A DNA stretch of 64,000 nucleotides from Candidatus Aminicenantes bacterium (GTDB lineage: Bacteria > Acidobacteriota > Aminicenantia > Aminicenantales > Saccharicenantaceae): assembly GCA_963807525.1 (NCBI GenBank), contig CAWECI010000025.1:26062-90061 (forward strand), written 5' to 3'. Positions 28,732-36,817 of this stretch are shown here, one piece after another. Every line of letters starts with the position of its first letter. Within the stretch, counting starts at the first letter, position 1. The notes below the pieces were generated by a model, which was not told where the DNA came from, did not search any database, and was given only the letters and a program-made list of their open reading frames with translations. Both the position numbers and the translations under genes were made by a program.

Positions 28732-30879
28732 ATGCCGAGCCGGCCGGCCCCGAAGCGCCGGGTCGGGGCGGTCTGGCTCATCGCGGGGATCCTGCTGCTC
28801 GCCGCCGCCGTTTGGCTGACCCTGGCCAAGCCATCCTCTTTCACGGACCTCACCACCGCGTCGCTGTCCGCCTCGAACCTCCTGAACGGGGTGGCTGAGG
28901 ACTGGCCCGTGATCAGGTCCGTGGCCGGAGCGTATGTCAAGGCCTTCGCCGCGGAGAACCTCCTGCCCGTGTTCGTCCTGCTCTTGCCCGCGCTGCTGCT
29001 CATCGCCCAGGGCCTGTCGCGGCTGGGAAAGACCGATCGGAGCCTCTTCGGGTTCCTGGCCCGGCCTGGCGCCCGGAAGGCTTTCCTGGCTGGGCTTTTT
29101 GGCCTGACCCTGGCCGCCGGCCTGGCCGGGCACTTTTTGGTCATCGGTCACTATCCCGCCGTCGGCGACGAATTCTGCTATCTTTTCGGCGCGGACCAGC
29201 TTGCCGCGGGGAAGCTCACTCTCGAATCGCCGCCGATGCGCGATCATTTCCAGACTTGGAGCATCGTCAACGACGGCCGTTGGTACAGCAAGGTGACCGT
29301 GGGTTGGCCCCTTCTGCTGGCGGCGGGCCGCGCCGTCCGCCTGCAGGTCCTGCTGAATCCGCTTCTCGCGGCGCTCTCCGTCGTCTTGCTCTTCCTCATC
29401 GGGGAGGTCCTCTTCGGCCCCGAAGCCGGATGTTTGGCCGCGTTATGGGGCCTCGTGACCCCGTTCGTCATCATTCTCTCTGGGACCCTCTTTCCCCACT
29501 CGGCCAACGCCTTCCTGGATCTCCTCTATATCTACTTCCTGCTCAGGGCCGTCGAGACCCGGCGTCGGACTCCCTCTGTCCTAGCCGGGCTGGCCCTGGC
29601 CTTTCTCCTCCTGGTCCGTCCGGCCGACGGCGGCGTCCTGCTCCTGGGGACGCTGCCGCTCCTCGGCTACGAATTCCTCAAGGCCGGGGCCAAGCGGCGG
29701 ACCGCCGGCACGGCCGCCGTCATCATCGCCTTTTTCATGGCCGGGCTCGGCTTGCTCATGGCCGTCAATCTGGTCCAGAACGGGCATCCCTTCGTTTTCG
29801 GCTATCAAAAATACCTGGCCGAAGACGCCTGGGGTTTCGGCGCCAACGGCCACACGCTCCTGAGAGGGGCCTGGCACACGCTGTATTCCGTGATGCGGGC
29901 GGGCGTCTGGGGCGTTCCTTTCCTGGGCTTGTTCATCCTGGTTTCGATCGCCGCCAAGGGACGCCGGCCGGCCTGGCTCTTCCTCGTGCCGGTGGCCGGC
30001 TCGATGGCGCTTTATGCGGGGTATTACACCCTGGCAGGGTTCGAGTACGGGCCCCGCTATTATCTTCCGCTGTATATCCTGGCCCTCATCCCCGCCGCGG
30101 CCGGAGTCCTCCATATCCGGGACGCGCTGGCCCGGAGGCGCCTGGCCGGGGCCGGGTCTCTCGTGAGCGCTCTCATCCTGTCGACGGTCCTGTTCACGGC
30201 CGCGGGCACATGGCCGCGCCTGGTGAAGGCCGTGAAGGCCCAGACCCCGAGCCTGATCCAGGTCTCCCGCCTTCTGAGTGCTCCTCCGGTCGAGGCCCCC
30301 TCCCTGATCTTTCTCCGCGACCACCGGGACCTGAAAAACACCTATCTGACCCGCAACCTCCGCGGCTATCGGACCAGCCGTCATATCTGGGCCCTCTATC
30401 TGTCGCCGGAAGAGAACGAAAAGCTCGTGGCCCTGTTCCCGGACCGAAAGGTCTATACGACGGTCCGCGATCCCGCGACCGGAGGCCTCGAGTTCCTGTC
30501 CGGCGTGGACGATTCCCCGAGCGCGTTGAGTTACCTCGTTGCCGGGTTGAATTATATCGAATTCGATCCCCACAAGGCCGTTCTGGCCTTTGCCAAGGCC
30601 CTCGAGATCGCCCCGGACCAGCCGACGATCATGATGAACCTCGCCCGCGCCGGGGACTTGGATGGGGACCGATGGAGCGCCGTGGGGCTCTATGCCCGGG
30701 TCCTGCAAAGCGGGGAGACGTCCCTGCGGGACCAGGCGTTCTTCTTCCTGGCCACGGACCTTCGCCTTCTCGGCCGGCCCGACGAGGCCCTCAAGGTCTA
30801 CGCCGAACTGGCCGGGTCGGGTGCCGATCCGTCCTATAGGGACAGGGCTGCGGCGTGGGTCGAGAAGCTCAACCGATAG
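28732..30879 (+). CDS. GT-C fold glycosyltransferase (PMT/ArnT-like, GT39/GT83-like) with C-terminal TPR repeats
   Basis: ~715 aa; many TM helices; DE motif in first loop (YPAVGDEFCY); TPR C-terminus; start ambiguous (ATG 28732 or GTG 28660); was fused into a 1322-aa artefact ORF in the track. Confidence 0.55.
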   Translation: MPSRPAPKRRVGAVWLIAGILLLAAAVWLTLAKPSSFTDLTTASLSASNLLNGVAEDWPVIRSVAGAYVKAFAAENLLPVFVLLLPALLLIAQGLSRLGKTDRSLFGFLARPGARKAFLAGLFGLTLAAGLAGHFLVIGHYPAVGDEFCYLFGADQLAAGKLTLESPPMRDHFQTWSIVNDGRWYSKVTVGWPLLLAAGRAVRLQVLLNPLLAALSVVLLFLIGEVLFGPEAGCLAALWGLVTPFVIILSGTLFPHSANAFLDLLYIYFLLRAVETRRRTPSVLAGLALAFLLLVRPADGGVLLLGTLPLLGYEFLKAGAKRRTAGTAAVIIAFFMAGLGLLMAVNLVQNGHPFVFGYQKYLAEDAWGFGANGHTLLRGAWHTLYSVMRAGVWGVPFLGLFILVSIAAKGRRPAWLFLVPVAGSMALYAGYYTLAGFEYGPRYYLPLYILALIPAAAGVLHIRDALARRRLAGAGSLVSALILSTVLFTAAGTWPRLVKAVKAQTPSLIQVSRLLSAPPVEAPSLIFLRDHRDLKNTYLTRNLRGYRTSRHIWALYLSPEENEKLVALFPDRKVYTTVRDPATGGLEFLSGVDDSPSALSYLVAGLNYIEFDPHKAVLAFAKALEIAPDQPTIMMNLARAGDLDGDRWSAVGLYARVLQSGETSLRDQAFFFLATDLRLLGRPDEALKVYAELAGSGADPSYRDRAAAWVEKLNR

Positions 30880-30922
30880 TAACGGCCCGATCGATTCTCC
30901 CGGCGGACCCGCTCCCGGCGGG

Positions 30923-30951
30923 TTGACAGTCCAGGGGGATTCTGGTATTTT
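30923..30951 (+). promoter_or_regulatory. sigma70-like promoter GGGTTGACA-N17-TATTTT for tRNA-Glu
   Basis: TTGACA 30923-30928, 17-nt spacer, TATTTT 30946-30951, tRNA starts 13 nt downstream. Confidence 0.55.
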
Positions 30952-30964
30952 CTAGCCCCTCTGC

Positions 30965-31037
30965 GGCGCCATCGTCTAGAGGCCCAGGACAGGTGGTTCT
31001 CAGCCATCAGACCGGGGTTCGAATCCCCGTGGCGCTG
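30965..31037 (+). tRNA. tRNA-Glu (anticodon CUC)
   Basis: cloverleaf folded by hand: acceptor GGCGCCA/TGGCGCT, 3-bp D-stem with UAGAGGCCCAG loop as in E. coli tRNA-Glu, anticodon loop UUCUCAG, T-arm CGGGG-TTCGAAT-CCCCG; no encoded CCA. Confidence 0.8.
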
Positions 31038-31164
31038 CTTCCGACTGACGCGAGCGTCAGCGAGCGGAAGGCAGAAATCCCCCGGAGATACACGGAGGAG
31101 GATTTCTGCGACCTGAATCAGGGTGTGGCCCTTGTTCGCGATCCTGATGATATAATGGCCGGGC

Positions 31165-32277
31165 ATGTATCTTCAGAATGAGATCCTTCTATCCCTTCCT
31201 CTGGCCCTTTATGCCGGCCTCCGGGTCCGGTCGCTCTTCGGGTCCCGGCTCCTCAAGAACCTCTGGACGGTCCTGTTCGTCCTTATCGCCGCCGGCTACC
31301 CGGTGGCCGAAGCGCTGTCTCATCGGACCGGGGGCCGGGGCTTGTCCGCGCTCATTTTCCTCGGGTACTGCATGCTGCCGCTTCTCCTTTATCTCATCCT
31401 GACCGTTCTCGCCGTGGACGGCCTGACCGGCCTGCTTCGGCTCACCGGGGCCGTTTCCCGGGAGACGGTCCGGACGCCGCGGTTCAGGACCGGTCGGCTC
31501 GTCGTTTCTGTGGCCATCCCGTTCGTCGTTGTCGTCCTGGGCGCCGTCAACCACCGCATCCTCCGGGTCCATGAGTACCGGGTCGAGATCCCACGCCGCT
31601 CGGCTCCGGCCGGGGAGATGACCATCGTCTTCATGTCCGATCTGCACCTGCGGGACCTCGTCCCGAACCGGCTCCTCGACGAGCTCAGCGACAAGGTCAA
31701 CGCCCGGAAACCGGACCTGATCCTCCTCGGCGGCGACCTCCTGGAGGGCGACCGCCGGGACGAGAACACCGGCCGCTATGAGCGGGCCTTCCGCCGCATG
31801 AGCGCCCGCTACGGCATCTTGGCCGTGCCCGGAAACCACGAAGGCTATCACGGCGCCGGGCTGGGCGGCTTCCTCGAGCGCTCGGGGATCCGTCTTCTCC
31901 AGGACGAGGCCGTCGCCGTCGGAGGTTCGCTCGTTGTCGCGGGCCGCCGGGACTCCCGTTCGAGGAACCGAGAGACGGTGGCCGAGCTTCTGAAAAGCGC
32001 CCGGCCCGACCTGCCGGTCCTCTTGCTTGTCCATCGACCGAAGGAATTCGACCAGGCCCGGGCCGCCGGCGTGGATGTCCAGCTTTCGGGCCACACCCAC
32101 CACGGCCAGATCTTTCCGGTCAACTTCATCACCGCCCTCCAATACGACCTGAGCTGGGGGCATCTCGAGAGGGGCGGCGCCCACCTGTTCGTCACCAGCG
32201 GGGTCCAAGGCTGGGGCCCGCCCGTGCGCACGGTGGGTGCTTCGGAGATCATGGTCATTCATCTTGTCCTCCGATAA
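31165..32277 (+). CDS. membrane-anchored calcineurin-like metallophosphoesterase
   Basis: 370 aa; N-terminal TM helices; motifs IVFMSDLHL, LGGDLLEGD, VPGNHE, GHTHHGQ; TATAAT 31151-31156 directly abuts ATG 31165 (possible leaderless). Confidence 0.75.
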   Translation: MYLQNEILLSLPLALYAGLRVRSLFGSRLLKNLWTVLFVLIAAGYPVAEALSHRTGGRGLSALIFLGYCMLPLLLYLILTVLAVDGLTGLLRLTGAVSRETVRTPRFRTGRLVVSVAIPFVVVVLGAVNHRILRVHEYRVEIPRRSAPAGEMTIVFMSDLHLRDLVPNRLLDELSDKVNARKPDLILLGGDLLEGDRRDENTGRYERAFRRMSARYGILAVPGNHEGYHGAGLGGFLERSGIRLLQDEAVAVGGSLVVAGRRDSRSRNRETVAELLKSARPDLPVLLLVHRPKEFDQARAAGVDVQLSGHTHHGQIFPVNFITALQYDLSWGHLERGGAHLFVTSGVQGWGPPVRTVGASEIMVIHLVLR

Positions 32278-32304
32278 ACTCCCGGAGGGACAGTCCCCGA
32301 CGGG

Positions 32305-32334
32305 TTGACACCGCCTCGCCAAACCCCCTAGAAT
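32305..32334 (+). promoter_or_regulatory. sigma70-like promoter GGGTTGACA-N18-TAGAAT overlapping annotated ATG 32333; implies leaderless start at ATG 32342
   Basis: hexamers read directly; -10 overlaps first ATG. Confidence 0.45.
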
Positions 32335-33586
32335 GTTGCTAATGGCGAATGCGGGGCACATCGATCTCGTCAGGGACCGGATCGATCACTGGAACGACTG
32401 GCGCCGGAAGAACACCCGCGTCATCCCCGACCTTGCGGGCGCCGACCTGTCCGAGCTCAACCTGGCCGGGGCCAACCTGGCCAAGGCCGATCTCTCCGGG
32501 GCCCGTCTCGGGGGGGTGAACCTGGGCGGCGCCAACCTGGCCCGGGCCAAGCTCTTCCGCGCCGACCTGAGCCAGGCCGACCTCAGCAAGGCCTCCCTCT
32601 TCAAAGCCAACCTCAGCCAGGCCGACCTCGCCGGGGCCAATCTGAACAGCGCCGATCTCAGCGGCGCGTTCCTGGTCCGGTCGAACCTGAGCGGCGCGTC
32701 GCTCATCGGCGCCTGCCTCAACGGGGCCAGCCTCGGCCAGGCCTCCCTCTTCCGGGCCCGCTTGAACAAGGCCATTCTCAGGGGAGCCTCGTTCTTCAAG
32801 GCCGACCTCACCGAGGCCGACCTCACCGGGGCCGACCTGCAGGGCGCCAATTTACAGGAGGCGGTCCTCGAGGGGACGAACCTCCGGTCCGCCAATGCGG
32901 CCAACGCCAACCTCTGCTTTGCCACCCTGCTCCGGACGAACTTGGAGGGTGCGGTCCTCGACGGCTGCGCCGTCCACGGCACCTCGTGCTGGGATGTCAA
33001 CCTGGCCGGCACGCGCCAGCGCGACCTCGATATCATGCCGGCCCAGCAGCCGGTCCTGTCCGTCGACAGCCTGCAGACGGCCCAGCTCGTCGGGCTGCTC
33101 CTCCACAACGAGCGGTCCCGCCAGGACGTCTTCGACATCACCCTGAACACGGTCCTCGTCATCGGCCGCTTCCCGCCGGAGCGTCAGGACGTTCTGGCCG
33201 CGATCAAGGGAGCGCTCCGGCAGGCCGGCTATTCGCCGCTCGTCCTGGATTTCCATCAGCCGGGCCCGGGGGACAAGAACGAGATGGTCAAGACGCTCGG
33301 CCGGATGTCCCGCTTCGTCGTGGCCGACCTGACCGGAGACCTGCGCGTCGCGGAGACACTCGACGCGGTCGTCCACTTCTTGCCGTCCCTCCCCATCCAG
33401 CCGATCGGCCAGGCCGAGGATCCCTCCGAGGCGATCGAGAGCCATTACCAGAAATACCGCTGGGTCCTGCCCTTCTGGGGTTTCCGCGATCCCCACGACC
33501 TGGCCGCGCGTTTCGGGGCGGAAGTCGTCGCGCCGGCCGAGCGGAAGGCGGCCGAGATCCGCCAGAAGATGAGCTTCGGCGTCTGA
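32333..33586 (+). CDS. pentapeptide-repeat protein fused to an uncharacterised ~190-aa C-terminal alpha/beta domain
   Basis: ~45 tandem A(D/N)LxG pentapeptides (ADLSELNLAGANLAKADLSGARLGG...), then VLVIGRF...LVLDF...RFVVADLTGD beta-alpha-beta pattern; true start may be 32342. Confidence 0.7.
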   Translation: MLLMANAGHIDLVRDRIDHWNDWRRKNTRVIPDLAGADLSELNLAGANLAKADLSGARLGGVNLGGANLARAKLFRADLSQADLSKASLFKANLSQADLAGANLNSADLSGAFLVRSNLSGASLIGACLNGASLGQASLFRARLNKAILRGASFFKADLTEADLTGADLQGANLQEAVLEGTNLRSANAANANLCFATLLRTNLEGAVLDGCAVHGTSCWDVNLAGTRQRDLDIMPAQQPVLSVDSLQTAQLVGLLLHNERSRQDVFDITLNTVLVIGRFPPERQDVLAAIKGALRQAGYSPLVLDFHQPGPGDKNEMVKTLGRMSRFVVADLTGDLRVAETLDAVVHFLPSLPIQPIGQAEDPSEAIESHYQKYRWVLPFWGFRDPHDLAARFGAEVVAPAERKAAEIRQKMSFGV

Positions 33587-33638
33587 AGCCTTTCCTCCTC
33601 ATCCGTCTCGTGATAGACTCCGGCCTGAAGGAGAGACC

Positions 33639-34802
33639 ATGGACCCGCTCGTTTCCGCCGTCGCCGAACGCTTCCGCCGCCATTTCCCGGGGAAGCCCCG
33701 GCTCGTCGTTTCGCCGGGCCGGGTCAATCTCATCGGCGAGCACACCGACTACAACGAGGGGTTCGTCCTTCCGGGAGCGACGGACAAGGCCGTGGTCTTC
33801 GCCGTCGCGCCGCGGTCCGACGGCCTGTGTCATTTCGTCTCCCGCGATTTCGACCAGGAGTTCCGCTTCGAGTCGGGTCAGTTCCACCGGTCCCCGCTGC
33901 GCTGGCCCGATTATCTCCAGGGCGTCCTCGACCAGTTCGTCAAGGCCGGGCACCCCATCCGGGGCCTCAACTGCGTCTTCGGCGGCGACATCCCGATCGG
34001 CGCCGGCATGTCCTCGTCGGCGGCGATCGAGGGCGGCCTGGCCTTCGCCGTCAACGCCCTGTTCGGCTTGGGCCTGGACAGCCTGACCCTGGTCCGGATG
34101 GCCCAGAAGGCCGAGAACGAGTTCGTCGGCGTGCGCTGCGGCATCATGGACCAGTTCATCAACATCTTCGGCCGCGCCCGGAGCCTCCTGAAGATCGATT
34201 GCCGCACCCTCGAGTTCGAGGCCGTTCCGTTCGAGCGCGACGACCTCCGCGTGGTCATCAGCGACACCCTGGTGCGGCGCGAGCTGGCCTCCTCGGAGTA
34301 CAACGTCCGGCGCGGGCAGTGCGAAGCCGGCGTCAAGGTCCTCGGGGCCCACGACCCCTCGGTCCGCTCCCTGAGGGACGTCACCCTGGACCTTCTGCGC
34401 GACCATCGGGCCGAGCTCGACCCCGTCGTCTATAAGCGCTGCGAGTACGTCGTGCGCGAGAACATCCGGGTCACGGAGGCCTGCGCCGCCCTGGCCCGCA
34501 ACGATTTCGCCGTCTTCGGCGGCCTGATGAACCTGTCCCACGCCGGGCTGCGGGACGACTACGAGGTCTCCTCGGCCGAGCTCAACGCCCTGGTCGAGGC
34601 GGCCCGCCGGGTCCCGGGCGTCCTGGGTTCGCGGATGATGGGAGCCGGCTTCGGCGGCTGCACGATCAGCCTGGTCGAGGCCGGGGCCGTGCCCGAGTTC
34701 GAGACCCGGGTCAGCCGCGAATATGAGGCGGAGACCGGGCGGCCTCCCAAGGTGCATGTCGTCCGGATCGAGGCCGGGACCCACGCCGTCGACCTCGGCT
34801 GA
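33639..34802 (+). CDS. galK: galactokinase
   Basis: 387 aa; signature GRVNLIGEHTDYNEGFVLP; GHMP kinase motif PIGAGMSSSAA; RBS AAGGAGAG. Confidence 0.9.
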   Translation: MDPLVSAVAERFRRHFPGKPRLVVSPGRVNLIGEHTDYNEGFVLPGATDKAVVFAVAPRSDGLCHFVSRDFDQEFRFESGQFHRSPLRWPDYLQGVLDQFVKAGHPIRGLNCVFGGDIPIGAGMSSSAAIEGGLAFAVNALFGLGLDSLTLVRMAQKAENEFVGVRCGIMDQFINIFGRARSLLKIDCRTLEFEAVPFERDDLRVVISDTLVRRELASSEYNVRRGQCEAGVKVLGAHDPSVRSLRDVTLDLLRDHRAELDPVVYKRCEYVVRENIRVTEACAALARNDFAVFGGLMNLSHAGLRDDYEVSSAELNALVEAARRVPGVLGSRMMGAGFGGCTISLVEAGAVPEFETRVSREYEAETGRPPKVHVVRIEAGTHAVDLG

Positions 34803-34848
34803 GCCCCTTTTCCTTGTTCCCCCCTGGCCGGCCCCCCCAAAACCACCC

Positions 34849-34877
34849 TTGACATCTTATTCGCGCATTCTTAACAT
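34849..34877 (+). promoter_or_regulatory. sigma70-like promoter TTGACA-N17-TAACAT upstream of 5'-nucleotidase gene
   Basis: hexamers read directly; RBS AAGGAGG 6 nt before ATG 34983. Confidence 0.45.
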
Positions 34878-34982
34878 AATCTTGACAACTCGGGAGTGGG
34901 GTTTCCTTACGTTAGGTCCATGACGGAACGGTCATTTCCCCATCCTTCCTTGAGGGTGGATCTCGGACTATAAGGAGGAACC

Positions 34983-36704
34983 ATGAAAAGGACTGCGGGG
35001 AAGATTCTTGCCGTTCTGGCCCTGGTCCTGGGCTTGGCCGTCCTGGGCTCGGCCCAGCAGGCCAAGATCCTGACCATCCTGCACACGAACGACACCCATT
35101 CGGCCATGCTGCCGTTCACGCACCAGCCCTATCCGGCGCCGTTCGCGGGGCGGCTGGCTGACCACATCGTCACCTGGTGCGACGATTTCCGGACCCCGTT
35201 CGGCTTCGACCGCGACTATGCCGGCATCGCCCGGATGGCCACGCTGATCAAACGGATCAGGACGGCCAAAAGGGATGTCCTGGCCCTCAACGCCGGGGAC
35301 GTCTTCGTCGGCAGCTTCGAGTTCAACGAGTACCTGGGCTATCCCGAGCTCAAGATCATGGAACGGCTCTATGACGCCATGGAGCTCGGCAACCACGAGT
35401 TCGATCTGGGGCTCGATGCCCTGACGGGGATCGTCACGGGGACGCTGGCCCAGAGCGATCCGGTCACCCTGCCCCTGCTCAACTCCAACTTCGACCTGTC
35501 GAACGTCCCGGTCCTTTCCGGCATTATCCAGAAGAGGATCATCAAGACCATCGGCGGCGTCAAGATCGGCATCTTCGGGCTGCTCACCGAAGACCCGGTG
35601 AATTACAGTCCGGACGTTGTCCCCCTGTTCTCCGGCGACATCCCCGGCGTCGCGGCCGCCCAGGTCCAAGCCCTCAAAGGCCAAGGCTGCCGGGTCATCA
35701 TCTGTCTGTCCCACCTGGGGACCTCCGGCGACATGGACCTCGCGGACAGCGTCGAGGGCATCGATATCATCGTCGGCGGGCACAGCCACGAGCTGTTCAA
35801 CAAGGCGGTGATCCGGAACGGGAAGATCATCGTGCAGGCCGGAAGCCATGGCCGGTTCCTGGGCGAGCTCCAAGTGAAGGTCGATGCCGGCGGGGTCAAG
35901 CTCCTGAAATGGCAGGTCCATCAGGTCGACAAGACCGTCATGCCCGACCCGGCCGTCAATGCCCAGCTGGCGGCGCTGCGCGCCGGGATCCTCCAGGACC
36001 CGCGCTTCAGCATCTTCGGGAACGTCTATGCGGATACGGTCGCCACGGCGGTCCGGAATATCGCCCACGATCCGCCCGCGTTCGGGAACCGTCGGGACGC
36101 GGCCCTGGCCGACCTTGTGACCGACGCGATGAGGACCGCCCTTCAGTCCGCCTCCGGCGTTCCCCCGGTCGATTGCGTCCTGGACGCCCTCGGCTACACG
36201 GAGTTCGGGATCCCGGCCGGACGGATCGTCGGCAACGACATCATGCGGGCGGTGCCCTACGGCTACGATCCGGCCTCGGGGCTCGGCTTCAAGGTCGTCA
36301 TCACGGCCCTGCCGCCCGAATTGATCCTCGGGGGGCTGGAATATTCACTGGCCGCTTCGCTCAGCATTCAGGCCTCGGGCCTGACGTTCGCCTATGATTC
36401 GAGCCTGCCCCCGTCCCAATACCTGGGCCAGATCAGCCAGTTGGACCCGATGTCCGTCGAGATCGGCGGGACCCCGATCCTCGCGAGCGGCCGCCCGTAT
36501 TACTTCGTCGGGATGACCGACCAGGTCTTCGATTTCCTGAACGCCCTGGTCGGGGGCCAGCTCCAGAGGTTCGATCCGGACCCGCCCATCTTCGAATATG
36601 CCGCGGTCAGAAGCTACATGCAGTCGCTCGGGACCGTCGATTACAAGTCGGAGGGACGGATCATCGACACGGCCGCGGCCCCCAAGGCCGTGAGAAGGCA
36701 CTAG
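34983..36704 (+). CDS. secreted 5'-nucleotidase / UDP-sugar hydrolase family metallophosphoesterase (UshA-like)
   Basis: 573 aa; signal peptide; ILHTNDTHS, GNHEFD, GGHSHE motifs. Confidence 0.8.
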   Translation: MKRTAGKILAVLALVLGLAVLGSAQQAKILTILHTNDTHSAMLPFTHQPYPAPFAGRLADHIVTWCDDFRTPFGFDRDYAGIARMATLIKRIRTAKRDVLALNAGDVFVGSFEFNEYLGYPELKIMERLYDAMELGNHEFDLGLDALTGIVTGTLAQSDPVTLPLLNSNFDLSNVPVLSGIIQKRIIKTIGGVKIGIFGLLTEDPVNYSPDVVPLFSGDIPGVAAAQVQALKGQGCRVIICLSHLGTSGDMDLADSVEGIDIIVGGHSHELFNKAVIRNGKIIVQAGSHGRFLGELQVKVDAGGVKLLKWQVHQVDKTVMPDPAVNAQLAALRAGILQDPRFSIFGNVYADTVATAVRNIAHDPPAFGNRRDAALADLVTDAMRTALQSASGVPPVDCVLDALGYTEFGIPAGRIVGNDIMRAVPYGYDPASGLGFKVVITALPPELILGGLEYSLAASLSIQASGLTFAYDSSLPPSQYLGQISQLDPMSVEIGGTPILASGRPYYFVGMTDQVFDFLNALVGGQLQRFDPDPPIFEYAAVRSYMQSLGTVDYKSEGRIIDTAAAPKAVRRH

Positions 36705-36720
36705 CGCGTCGTCTTCCAGG

Positions 36721-36754
36721 CGGCCCCGGACCTCCCTCCTGGCGGGTCCGGGGC
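36721..36754 (+). terminator. GC-rich hairpin GGCCCCGGACC-N12-GGTCCGGGGC downstream of 5'-nucleotidase gene
   Basis: 10-bp stem, followed by TGCCTTCCGTTT. Confidence 0.5.
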
Positions 36755-36764
36755 TGCCTTCCGT

Positions 36765-36794
36765 TTGACACGCCGGGGCGCTCCTGACTATAAT
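36765..36794 (+). promoter_or_regulatory. near-consensus sigma70 promoter TTGACA-N18-TATAAT upstream of ntrC-like gene
   Basis: TTGACA 36765-36770, TATAAT 36789-36794, ATG at 36818. Confidence 0.7.
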
Positions 36795-36817
36795 CTCCGT
36801 CAGTCTAGAGTGCCCCC

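Noticed and set aside
26911-30879. 1322-aa single ORF
   Set aside because: Chimera: fucI 5' half read through, out of frame, into the downstream GT-C glycosyltransferase; ~300 residues of nonsense sequence lie between two recognisable proteins.
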